A stretch of DNA of 64,000 nucleotides, taken from contig NC_083426.1 in the NCBI RefSeq assembly GCF_020745735.1, forward strand, positions 12,586,001-12,650,000. The letters are read 5' to 3'. This document shows positions 34,663-47,225 of this stretch, piece after piece; position 1 is the first letter of the stretch; every line of letters begins with the position of its first letter. A model generated the notes under the pieces. That model worked only from the letters and a program-made list of their open reading frames with translations. It searched no databases and was not told the DNA's origin. The stretch is from Hemiscyllium ocellatum. Its lineage: Eukaryota. Position numbers and translations under genes: made by a program.

Positions 34663-35339
34663 GTGAGTGACCATCTGATGACAATCAATGTTTGTTGAAG
34701 TCCACTGTCTGATTTAAACAGGACAGACACTGAAATATTTGTAGACGTGTAAAGGCAGAAAGGAAGATCTTGTCATACAGTGACAAAATCTTGAATTTGT
34801 GATTTTCTTACAGGACAATTAATGAAATATCGTTTTGTGATGCTCAGTTGCACAAGTAGACAATTGACGTAGATTTCTTTTTTTACGAAACCTTTTTCCT
34901 TTCAGTCTTGTGCTTTAACCAAGTTGATTATGCTTTTTCACTTCCATCAAATTTAACATTGCAATGTAGCACTGCAACAAAATTATTGTTCAACAGTGAC
35001 ATCTCGCCTTCATTCATAATCAAGCTGTTTTGACACAATCAAAATTAAAATTCCCAGTGTAACTCTAAAGTTGTTATTCACTCACTGTAATTGTCCAAGT
35101 CTTTTTGCAGATCTTTTGTTTTTTTCCTCACAGTGTGCACTCACACCGAACTTAGTCCCATCAGTTACACGTTGTGTTGTGATATACAATCTAATACTCA
35201 GAATACTCATTTACAAAATTTCCTGAGCACCCTTCAGTAACTGATATTCCTCTTTGTTTCCTATTTAATTTAATTCTTCTCGTCAAGCTCAGGTAATTAC
35301 ATTTCCCAATCAATTACTACATGGCTCTATCAACGGTCT

Positions 35340-35700
35340 GAAAGAGAGTACACATTACAGAAGAGGAGGTTCCTGACATTTTAAAACACATTACGGTAGA
35401 TAAATCCCCAGGGTCTTATCAAGTGTGTTTCAAAAGCACATTTGGGAGGCTTCGGAGGAAATTGTAGGGCCCCTAGCGCAGATATTCGTATCAGCGACAG
35501 CTGTGGGTGGGGTGCCGAGAGGTTGGAGTGAGGCGAATCTTGCAAAATTACTTAAGAAAGGCCACAGGGAAATGCCTGGGAACTTCAGATTGATCATCCG
35601 AACATCTCTTGTGGATAAGTTGTTAAAGGGGATTCAGACAGACAGGATGTACAGGCATGTGGTGAGGTAAGGACTCATTAGTAAAAGTCTTAATCGCTTT
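35340..35700 (+). mobile_element. CR1 LINE fragment
   Basis: WEASEEIVGPLAQIF...PGNFR...LVDKLLKGI. Confidence 0.65.
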
Positions 35701-35704
35701 GTGC

Positions 35705-36330
35705 ATGGTCTGGAACTGTATAAGACACAACACCGTGCAGGGACTGAAACTGTAGATGACACAACACCGTGCAGGGACTGAAACTGTACATGACACAACA
35801 CCGTGCAGGGACTGAAACTGTGCAAGACACAATACCGTGCAGGGTTCTGGAACTGTACGTGAAACAACACAGTGCACGGTCTGGAACTGTACATGACACA
35901 ACAGCCCACAGGGACTGGAAATGGACATGATACAACATCGTGCAGGGTCTGGAACTGTAAATGACACAACAGTGTGCAGGGTCTGGAACTGTACATGACA
36001 CAACACTGTGCAGGGTCAGGAACTGTACATGACACAACACTGTGCAGGGTCTGGAACTGTACATGACACCGTGCAGGGACTGGAACTGTACAAGACATAA
36101 CATCATGCAGGATCCAGAACTGTACATGACACAACACTGTGCAGGGTGTGGAACTGTACATGACACAACACCATGCAGGATCTAGAATTGTACATGACAC
36201 AACACTGTTCAGGGTGTGGAACTGTACATGACACAACACTGTGAAGGGTGTGGAACTGTACATGACACAACACAGTGTATGATCTGGAACTGTACATGAC
36301 ACAATACCGTGCAAGGTCTGGAAATGTGTG
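35705..36330 (+). repeat. Minisatellite, 34-bp unit
   Basis: Consensus CTGGAACTGTACATGACACAACACTGTGCAGGGT, about 18-19 units counted. Confidence 0.95.
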
Positions 36331-37319
36331 CATGCACCTTCTTGAGTGAGTGCACACTCACATTTGTCCTGTGTTCCCAATGTTAGTAGGCACTGTCTTA
36401 AGTTGTGAATTATTGACACATTTATTTTTTCAGCAGCATTAGACACTTATATTTTCAGCTTCTTTTCTTAGACATTTCAGGTTTGTTAGCATACTGTATG
36501 ATGTCAGTAACTACATCTGTAACACCCTTCTGGTAATAATTCTCTACAAGGAAACAAACTGGCAGAAAGCTGTGCTTTCTGTTGCAAAAATATCTGCAGC
36601 TAACAAGGAAAATGTGGATTCTGATTTTATTCACCATTCACTGCCCAGTGACTAACAGCCAGAATTGGTGAGTCAGAATGTCAGTATTGACTTAGGTCTT
36701 GTCTTTATCCTATTCAGCAGCGATGATTAAATACACAGAGACATATACAGGCACAGAATACTGAAGAGAAACGTTTGGATGAAGTCTTATACCTACTTTG
36801 TGTATACTATTCAATCTCAAAAATATTTACCAATTTATACTAATGCACATTAATCTTGTTGAATATCAAACATAGGTTCCTACTTCATTTTTTACAACAG
36901 GTGTGAGTAACATATAAGAAATGCAAGAGTAACATAGTTAATCTGTTAAAAGTGAACTTTTGCTTGCAATTTGCTATCCAATAGAAACTGAAGGCTGCAG
37001 TGGTAATGAAGCCTCTAAGGGAACAGTCCCTGAGTTTGTAATTGTTTCTGTTCTGCTGTTGAAATATTGCAGTTCTGTCAATGTCACTGCTCCTCAATCA
37101 CACACATTTTATACACAGTGCTACATCAGTAAGGTATCATTTTCCTTCCATTCTTTAGCTCTAAACAAGTGCATCCTCTCCAAATTAATGTTATGACTTT
37201 GGCTTCAGTGAAATTTGTGCAGGAGACTCTTCATGGCAGAACTGAAGAAATTGCACATTGGGCCCTTTGAGGTTGCTCCATCACAACAACATTATGGCTG
37301 ATCTCTCTCAACTCCTCTT

Positions 37320-38090
37320 GCCCACACAAGGCCGATATGGAGTCATAGAGTCACAGAGGTGTACAGAACAGAAACAGATCCTTCAGTCCAACTTGTCCAT
37401 GACGACTAGATATCCTAACCTAATCCAGTCCCATTTGCCAGCACTTTGCCCTTATCCCTGTGAACTCTTCCTATTCATATACCTGGACAGGAGCCTTTTA
37501 AATGTTGTAATTGTACCAGCGCCCACCATTTTCTTTGGCAGCTCATTCCATACATGCACCATCTTTGGTGTGACCCTTAGGTTCCTTTTAAATTTTGACC
37601 CTCTCAGCCTAAACCTGGGCTCTGGAGTTCTGGACTCCACTGCCACAGGGAAAAGACCTTGTCTATTTATCGTATGCATGCCTCTCATGATTTTATAAAC
37701 TTCAATAAGGTCACTCTTCAGCCTCTAACACACTGAGGAAAACATTCTTCAGCCCATTGACCCAACTGATCATGTTCCAATTGTACCCGGAGGTAACCTT
37801 CACTGTCCACTCCACATCCAATTTTGTTGTCATCTGCAAACTTACTAACTATACCTGCTACATTCACATCCAAGTCATTTATATAAATGATGAAAAGCAG
37901 TGGACCCAGCGTAGATCCTTGGGGCACTCCACTGGTCACAGACCTCCGGTCTGAAAAGTAACCCTTCACCACCACTCTCTGTCGTCTACCATCAAGCCAA
38001 TTCTGTATCCAAATGGTTAGTTCTTCCTGTGTTCCCTGATGTCTAATCTTGCTAACCAGTCTACAATGACGAACCTCTTGACAACCATGA
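37320..38090 (-). mobile_element. CR1 LINE 3' fragments
   Basis: SGVPQGSTLGPLLFIIYINDLD..SKFADD; VWNELPKKMVGAGTITTFKR. Confidence 0.75.
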
Positions 38091-38120
38091 CAACCTCTTG
38101 CCCCTTAGTTTAAACATATA

Positions 38121-38309
38121 CTGAAAATGTGTTGCTAGTTAAAGCGCAGCAGGTCAGGCAGCATCCAAGGAACAGGAAATTCGATGTTTCGGGCAAAAGC
38201 CCTTCATCAGGAATGATTCCTGATGAAGGGCTTTTGCCCGAAATGTCGAATTTCCTGTTCCTTGGATGCTGCCTGACTTGCTGCGCTTTAACCAGCAACA
38301 CATTTTCAG
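38121..38309. repeat. Near-perfect palindrome of two head-to-head Penelope-tail repeats
   Basis: 94-nt arms (38121-38214 and 38216-38309) around a single G; 4 mismatches by manual comparison. Confidence 0.92.
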
Positions 38310-41300
38310 CTCTGATCTCCAGCATCTGCAGACTTCACTTTTTACTTTAAACATATGCTCCCAGTCAATGCACACTCCATCAAAGGGAAACATTTCCTCC
38401 TGTCTTCCCTAACTATTCCCCCCTAATTTTATACATCTCAATCATATCCTCTCTCAATCTCCTATGCACCACAGAAACAAACCCGATCTTTCCAAATCTG
38501 TCATCATAACAAAAACTCACTTCTAAATTCAAATCTAAGGTGATAGACAGACTCCAGCCTAACTATGGTGTAATTGTTAGCGATAAACTTGGTTTGAGAG
38601 ATCATGACGTAGAATCAGTTTGGATGAAGAATAATTTGGGTAAAGAGGTCACTTGTGGGAGTGATTTCCAAATCCCTGAACAGCAGCTGTTATGTAAGGA
38701 GAATGCAAGTAGAAATTTCTGGGTGCATGTGATTAGGAGATGGCAATAACTGGGAGCGATTTTAATCTGTCTGATGGGGCTTTTGTGGAATGCTTTTCAG
38801 ATAGTTTCTTCAGCAATCCATTCATGAACTGAGCAGAAGGCTGGTATTTGTTATTGTGCCATGTGACAGGATTAATTAATGACCTCGGGGTCACAGCATC
38901 TCTGAATAGGAGGGACCACAGTCTGATTGCATTTCATACCCAGACACAGAAGAACAAAAGTTTTATAACACAAAGTATGAAATTAAAAAGCACATAAATT
39001 ATCCAGATACACAGTTTCAAAGAATCTTGCAACACGTAGCAAAACAATTTTTCAACTATTTTCCAACATTATCAATTTACAGCAATTCAAGTCCAGAAAA
39101 TGTACTCCTCCACATCAAATACTGATGTCCTTTCATCTCTCTTGAATGATTATTCCTAGTTTAGTTCCTCTGATCTATGTGAATATCTTACATGAATACT
39201 CACAAAACTGACAGTTTTAAATGTTTACATGCTCATACCCTACAAATTTCTAACCAATATCACCTGGTTTGAAATGTTTACAATCTACCATTCTGCTGAG
39301 ATAAATTATTCAGTGACTGCTCCGAAAAACTCCATTCGAGGCTCGAAAACATAATTCCTTCTCAACCCAGCGATGATACAGCAGAACTGACCAAAGACAT
39401 TTCAGCCTCCGATTGTTGCAAACTAAAATAAATTCATCACGAATCTGAACTGAACTGAAAGCTAATATTATAAACCTGCCATCCAGCAGCACAGTATAAA
39501 CAATTTTCAAATGATATACAACAAAGGGAATAGAAATACTTGCTTTCTGACCAATAATGGAATAAAGTCAGGTCTGCAAAGGGATTCTTACTTTCATTTA
39601 ATTTCAACAAAAGCTTTTCACTGACTTATCCAACAAGAATGGATAACTATTTTAAAATTCTGAACTCCAAAACTGATGTTAAGATCACATACCATCCTGC
39701 CTTGGAACTGTATCCCTGTTCCTTCACTGTTGCTGACTCAAAATCCTGGGAACAGCTGAATTGTATTTGAAGTTCGACCAAAACAGAAATCCAAGGTGCA
39801 GAGCCATCTCGGGGTTCTAGTGCATGAGTCACATGAAGTTAGACTGAAGGAACCAACAAGTGATTACGAAGGCTAACACATTGCTGTCCTTTAATACGAG
39901 AGAAACTGAATATAAAAGTGAGGATGCTATGTTTCAGTCAAAGAGGCCATTTGGGAGAGTACATCTTGAAAACTCCGTTTACTCTCCTAGGTGAGTCCAC
40001 TGATGGGACACTGGTTTAAAATTCAAGGTCACCTTTTTAATCTAGAGATGGGAAGAATTTTTTTTTGAGAACTGTCTGCCTCAGAAGTTGGTGAAGATGG
40101 AGAGATATTTGTGAGTCAAGAATCGAAGGATACTGGGGGAAATGGGAATGTGGGATTTGGAACACCAGCAAAATACTTTCTGTATGTTGTCCCTCTCAGA
40201 GAAGCTTGGCTCTGTCTGGCTCCATCCATTTTCTAAAGTCTGTCCTTATCCAGAAAGAACTCCATTCCTAGCAATCCCAATACTTTTCTTCTGAACAGTC
40301 TCTCCATTCAGAGAATTACTTCTTTTATCTTTCGTTCTTACTGCTTCCCCATGTGATTTTGTGAATAGTCCTGTGTTTACTCCCCTTGAGATCCAACTCA
40401 TTGATTAATCTCCAGATTTCTGAAACATCCTTTGTTAAACTTCAAATCTCTTCCTTTCTCCCGTTCCAAATCCTGCTGTAGTCCAGATTGGACTCAAGAT
40501 ATCGAGTGGGTTCAAATTATTTTAATAGTTTGCATGATGATGAATGAATTGGAGAAGAACTTCAAATGTACTTGATGTTGTGGCTTAAAACAAATATTGG
40601 CAATTCGAACCATAGGGTGTCTCAAAGCACTTTACAGGCAAGTATTCCTACGAGTTGTCATTGTTGTAATGATGAAAGTTTGTCAGCTCCTGAGTGTCCT
40701 GCAAGATTGCACAAACAGAAATATGACGTTAACTGGGTAATCTGTGTTTTTATAATTGTTGGTTGAGGGATAAAAGTTGACTATTTGACCCAGGGATTGC
40801 TAATTGTTCTTCATCACGCTAAGAGATTTGCAAACTCATGGATCTGCCTGTGGGGCGATCATGCTAATACAAGGCACTGTCAATCCAGTAAAACATACAA
40901 CCACACTCCAAATTAAATGACTGGCTCTGACATTTATGCTGAAAATGTGTTGCTGGAAATGCGGAGCAGGTCAGGTAGCATCCAAGGAGGTGGAGAATTG
41001 ATGTTTTGGGCATGAGCCCTTCTTCAGGAATCCTCTGATCTCCAGCATCTGCAGTCCTCACTTTCTCCTCTGACATTTATGGACACATTATGAATACGGA
41101 CAATGTACTATTAACATAAATTTTCATCACAAATTAAAAGTGAAGCTTCCAAGATCCTATTCCAGGTTGACAGCGAGAGGAGAGGGTGTAAGACTAATAT
41201 TTTCAATTTTAAAAGGCAACTGTGTGGACCTGAAAGCTGATCGAGCTGAAGGGAACTGGAGATAGGTCAGTACAGAAGCAGCTGCAGACAGTCAAAGTGA

Positions 41301-42961
41301 TATTCCAGAATACTCAGAACACATGCATTCCTCCTGGAAAGGAAAATTTTAAGGGGATGGCCCTGAAAGAGTTTATTAAACGTTAATCCCAAAACAAACA
41401 AACATTAACTCGCGAATTCCATCGTCAAGGCAGATAGTTCTGCAGAAATGTCATGGGTGGAAAACATTGGCAAAGAGACCCCAATTGTTCTGATCAAGAA
41501 TTCAAGTCACAAATCTGGAATTCAGTGATTTATCTCAAATCTTTTGTCTTCTGGCAATCTTAACTTTTTGTTAAATGTGATGATCTTTAATTTGGGAGCT
41601 GGCCAATGCATCTTGTTCTTTCATCAAGCAATAAAACCGAGATTTATTAAACAAAAGAACAAAAAGGATAAAAGAAAGTAAGTTGAGCTATCTGCTATGA
41701 AACAGCACTCTGAATAGACCACACAAAGTTATACACCTCAAAAACCGTAAGCTTTCTGTATTGTCACTCCTGCATTACATTTTGATTTCTTAGTGTGTGT
41801 TTTTACATTGATTATATGGATCAACTCGAATATTTGATTAACCAGCACACTCCTGCTCTCATAGGGGTCAGACAAAACAAAGTTTGAGGTACCCTTGATT
41901 TGGAAATTTCTCAAATTAAGTCTTGACATTAGAGTAATTGTATTTATGCAATTAAGTTGAGAAAATATACTTGCTTCTGATCCCCAACAGGTCTCCACCA
42001 AATCCTGTCTCAAAAGGTTTAGCTTACTGTATTTTTCTGAGGTAAAGTAAGTCAATAATTATTTGAATTGAAAGCTAGCAAGAGCCATTCACTATTTATT
42101 CACCCTGTCGTAAACTCCACAACATCAGCAATAATCTATGAACACTCCAGAAGGTATGCAGTTTCCTCTCTGCTCTCTGATAGGTGTGGATTAGATCATT
42201 ATTCTGGAAAGGTCACTCTGACGTTGTCTTTTATAACCCTGTCAATAACTATGTCACAAGAGTGACCAACACCCAAATGCCAACAGTTTGAAATCAGTTA
42301 AAAATGATACATATACATAATATTTACATCTATATATGTACAGAAACCTTTCATCACACCTCCCCATGAAGAAGATTGCAAATATATCATTCAGAGCCAT
42401 TATCATTTCATATCAAAAATAATTTTAAAAAACCTTAGTTTTATGTTCTTTTAATAGTAACAATAATAACATACATTGAGTTTAATGACAACCTTTTTGA
42501 AACATAATTCATTTGAATTACACAAATTGTGTTTTTTCAAACGTGTCTTGATAAACGATCCACTATGATAATGTCTACGCAGGCGCATGAATGATTTTTA
42601 AATTGCATGGTCAGAAAATTAAACTCCACAGAAGTAACCATAAATTTTTGTCCCAATTTTATTTCTAAGTAATCGAAAGGATTACAGCCCATATAGTTAC
42701 AGGAATCAAAGGCGATCAGGAATAAATGGGAAAGGGAAGTTCAGAACACAGCCAGATCAGCCAGGACCTTCTCAATGGCAGAGCAGGCTTCAAGGGCTGA
42801 AGGTCCCACTTCTGCATTATCGTTTCAGATTATACTTCCTAACATATACGTCACAGATATAGTGCAGTTTGTACAGAGATATAACGTATTAAGTGATATT
42901 TATTTGTATTAAGAACTTATTTTTTCTTCCAATTCCTGAAAAGTTGAAAATTTCTCCCCAG

Positions 42962-43282
42962 CTTCATCAAATTTGTGGACAAACGAAAAAGTAACTGGAA
43001 CTGTGGGAAGATCGATCACAATAAATTGTAGATATGACACATGGTTCAAGTCCAACATGAAATACTGGTGTCTTGGTCGGTCTGCCCGTTGCTCATATTT
43101 GGTGAGAACAACTGATCCAGGTGGACAGCAAGGAAGAATGTCAATCAAAGATTACACAGCACAAGGAGTATTTGTTGTGACCATGGAGGATCTTCGCATC
43201 AAAGATGCAGGATGGTACAGCTGTGGTATTGATAGACAAGTTATTGATGAATTACGTGCTGTGAAGGTTGAAGTATCTGATG
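42962..43282 (+). CDS. Gene C exon: V-set Ig domain 1
   Basis: Duplicate of 218-538 (offset 42744); identical translation and splice sites. Confidence 0.9.
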
Positions 43283-46200
43283 GTACATTTCTCATTGATT
43301 TCTGTTAGTAATCTCTAATGAAATGTCTGATCAATGTTTTGTCTGGGAGAAACCATGAACACTCCAATATCTCAAGGTGCCCCAGAAATGCTGATACTTG
43401 CTGGGGGGAACATAGGAACAGGAGGAGGCCATTCATCCTATTGATCCTGCCCCACACTTTGCTGCGATCATGGCTGATCGAACACTTCAATACCATTAAT
43501 TTTTCCTCCCATTAATCATTAAAAATGTATCACCTTCTACTTTAAATGTACAACTTAAAATCTGGTGAACCTATGATACACTCCATCTCTGGCAGTATTA
43601 TCTTTTCTGAGATCAGGTGATCAAAACTGCAAACAATACTTCAGGTGTGGTCTAACCAAGATCCTACACAACATCTGAAGCAAGAATTCTCAAATCCTCT
43701 TGTATTAAATGTTAATATTCCATTAGCCTTCCAAATAACTTGCTGCACCTGCAAGTTAGCCGTCAGTATCAGATAGACAAGGGCATCCAAGTGACTTTGC
43801 AAATCTGTACTTTCCAACATCTCACCATTTGAAAACTACACTGCACATCAGCTCTTCCTACCAAAGTGGATAACCTCACATTTCTCCACATCATAGACCA
43901 TTGACCAAAATCCTGCTCAATCATTAAGCATATCCAAATCCTCCTGAAGAAGTTTTGCATCTTCCTAACAGCACATAATCCTTCTTTGCTTGTATCATCT
44001 GCAAAGTTGGGAATATTACATTTTGTTCCACATCCAAATCATTGATATACATTGAGAAAAGCTGATCCTTGTGGAATCCCATTAGTCACAGCCTGCCAAT
44101 GTGAGAAAGCTCAATTTATTCCTACTCTCTATTTTCTATCTGTTCACCAATCATCAATCCATGTCAGTACATTATGTCCTATACCTTGTGCTTCAACTTT
44201 GCAAACAAATCTCCTCTCCGGTTCATCTGAAAGGCCTTCTCAAATTTCAAATGCTCTCTATCCATTAACTTAGCTTCATCAGTTTTGTTAGTAACCTTCT
44301 CAAAAAGTTCCAACAGTTCGTAAAACATAATTTTCCATTCACCAATACACACTGACTACACAGAATTAATTCATTTTTATCCAAGTGTCCATTTATTATT
44401 ATCTTTTTTGATACAGTCTAGCATTTTCCTCACAACTGATGGATCAGTAAATCCTATTTTTCTCCTTTCTCCAATACATCATCTATCTCTATGAACACAT
44501 TATTGACACTTTGGAATGCAGACTATCAGTTCTTGGGGATTTTCCAACTTTCATTAATTTCTCCAGTATATCCTTCTTACCAATACTAATGTCCTTCACC
44601 CCATCATTCTCACTTGTCAGTTGGATTTGTAAATCAACTGGATTTTTTGTATTTTCCTAACCAAAACTGTCACAAATTACTCATTTATCTGCTCTGCCAT
44701 TTCTCCATTTGGTCTGTTAAATTAATAGAATAGAGTCGAATCCCTTCAGTGTGAAAACAGGCCCTTTGGCCCAACAGGTCTGCATTGACCATGTGAAGAG
44801 TAACCCACCCAGACCCATTCCCCTGTGGCTATTACTTGATTAATACCCCTAACCTACATGTCCCTGAACACTATGGGCAATTTAGCATGGCCAATTCATC
44901 TAAACTGCACATCTTAGATTTGTGTGAGAAACCAGAGCACCCAGAGAAAATACACACAGACACAAGGAGACTGTGTAAACTCCACCCAGACGGTTGCCCA
45001 AGTCTGGGATCGAACCCAGGTCCCTGTGAGGCAGCAGTACTAACTATTGTGCCAACATGTCACCCATTCTCCTAACTCTCCTAACTCTGCTTTTAATGGA
45101 CTCTTTGCTAAAAGTTGTTTTTCACAGCTGCAGAAGCTTTCAACTTTATGTCTTCTTTGTTCGATTGCATTTGTATTCTCTTTTTTCCTTTGCAGTTTCA
45201 AGGTCCTCCTTGCTTAAAAAACTTCCAATCCTCTGATTTCTGATGGTTTTGGCCACCTTTTAGGCCTATTGTTTTAATCTTTTAAATCCTTGACTTTCTT
45301 TTATCTGTCACGGTTGATTTATCTTTCTTGAGTGGAATATTTTGTTGCTATATGCCATGAAATAAGTCTCCATTGACTATCTCCTATCCTGCCTTTTAAT
45401 GTGCTTCTGTAATCCAGCGCAGAGTCGAGAGTGTGGTGCTGGAAAAGCACAGCCGGTCAGGCAGCATCCGAGGGGCAGAAGAATCAACATTTCAGCAATA
45501 AGCCCTTCATCAGGAATAATGCCCGAAACATCACTTCTCCTGCTCATTGGATGCTGCCTGACCAGCTGTGTTTTTCCAGCACCACACTCTTCCACTCTGA
45601 TCTCCAACATCAGCATGTCCTCACTTTCTTCCAATCCAGCTCAGCCAATTTGTGCCCCTCTCTTTCTTAATTTTCCTAATTTTAAGAACAACAGCATAAG
45701 AACAAAGTGCAGAAAGAGGCCGTTTGGCCCTTCGAGCCTACTCCGCCCCTCAATAAGATAATGGCTAGTCTTTTTGTGGACTCAGCTCCACTTACCCACA
45801 TTTTCACCATATCCCTTAATTCCTTTATGTTTCAAAAAGTATCTACCTTAGCTATAAAAGGAATTACTGACGTAGCGTCAACTACTTCCCTGGGCAAGAA
45901 ATTCCATAGACTAACAACCCTCTGGCTTCATGTAATAATCTATTTTTCCTACCAAATTGTATGACTTCACATTGGCTAACAGTGTATTCCATCAGCCAGA
46001 TTTTTGCCCACTGATTCAATGTATCAAGTTCCTCTGCAAAGTTTCACAGTCCTCTGAACACGTTGCTCTGCCACTCATCTTCGTATCACTGGCAAATTTT
46101 GACACTGTACATGTGGTCCCCAACTCCTCATCATCTACATAAATTGGAAATAATTGTGGTCCTTGAGGCACACCACTAGTCACTGGTTGCCAGCCAGCAT

Positions 46201-46904
46201 AGCACTCATTATCCCCACTCTTTGCTTCCTGTCAGTCAACCAATCCTTGATACAAACTAATACTCTACCCCGAACACCAGGCATCCTTATCTTATTCAGC
46301 AGCCTCATGTGCAGCACTTTGTCAATGGCCTTTTAGAAATCTAGGTACACCACATTCACTGGGTCCCCATTGTCTACCTTGATTGAAATGTCTTCATAGA
46401 ATTCCAAAAGATTTGTGAAGCACGACCTGACCTTCATGAACCCATGGGACAATTTATTTTGAGATGCCTTGCTATTCCTTCCTTGATAATAGACTCAAGC
46501 ATCTTCCCCATTACATGGGCTAAGCACGCTGGTCTATAATTCCCCACCCTCTGTCTACTTCCCTCGTCGAACAATACCGTGATGCAGAGAACCTTTGTCC
46601 CATCATGTCCGTGCTGGTCAACAAGCATCTATCTACCGTGATCCCATGTTCCAGTACTTTGCCTAGAGCCTTGTATGGTCTGGCACTTCAAGTGATCACT
46701 TAAATATATTCTGAAGTGTTCTGGAGGATCAATTACAGTCTGTTAATCTTTCAATTAATGCAATATTAAGTTGTTAATGGCATGGCTCTGTGGAGATTAC
46801 AACATGAAAATACTTGGATGAAAAGATAGAAATGTTGAAATTTACAGAGTTATTTGATTTTTGGATCCTCAGTGAGTATCTGATCATTTGTTTCTTTCCC
46901 ACAG

Positions 46905-47225
46905 AACCTGTGTCTGTCCCTGTAATTCGATTTTTAACACCAAATATCTGGTGTTTTGAGAACCTAGTTTCTGTTTCCTGTGAGTCTGTCCAGGGATCCT
47001 TTCCCATTCGGTACACATGGTACGAAAGGACCCGATCTGTAGGTTCAACGATTTCTGAGAACAATATACTGGATCTACATTGTCAATTATTCAAACAACA
47101 ATATAATCAATATTACTGCATAGCCTCAAACACTCAGGGAGAACAATACAGTGAAACGGTGAAAGTGACAATTGTCCACAGATCAGAGAGGAACTGCAGT
47201 TTTGTGGCACAGATTGGGAACCGAG
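46905..47225 (+). CDS. Gene C exon: C2-type Ig domain 2
   Basis: Duplicate of 4165-4485 (offset 42740); identical exon translation. Confidence 0.88.

Noticed and set aside
35705-36330. CACAGTG/CACTGTG heptamers in the 34-bp repeat as V(D)J recombination signals
   Set aside because: No ACAAAAACC-like nonamer at 12- or 23-bp spacing, and no adjacent gene segments.
35623-36446. Cys-rich ORFs in several minus frames
   Set aside because: By-products of the 34-bp repeat, with the same peptides rotating through all frames.
36985-37133. Possible extra exon in gene C intron 1 (ETEGCSGNE...YISK)
   Set aside because: It ends in phase 0, which would frameshift the phase-1 V exon, and resembles no cluster domain.
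38110-38393. Matching ORFs on both strands
   Set aside because: Consequence of the DNA palindrome, not coding.
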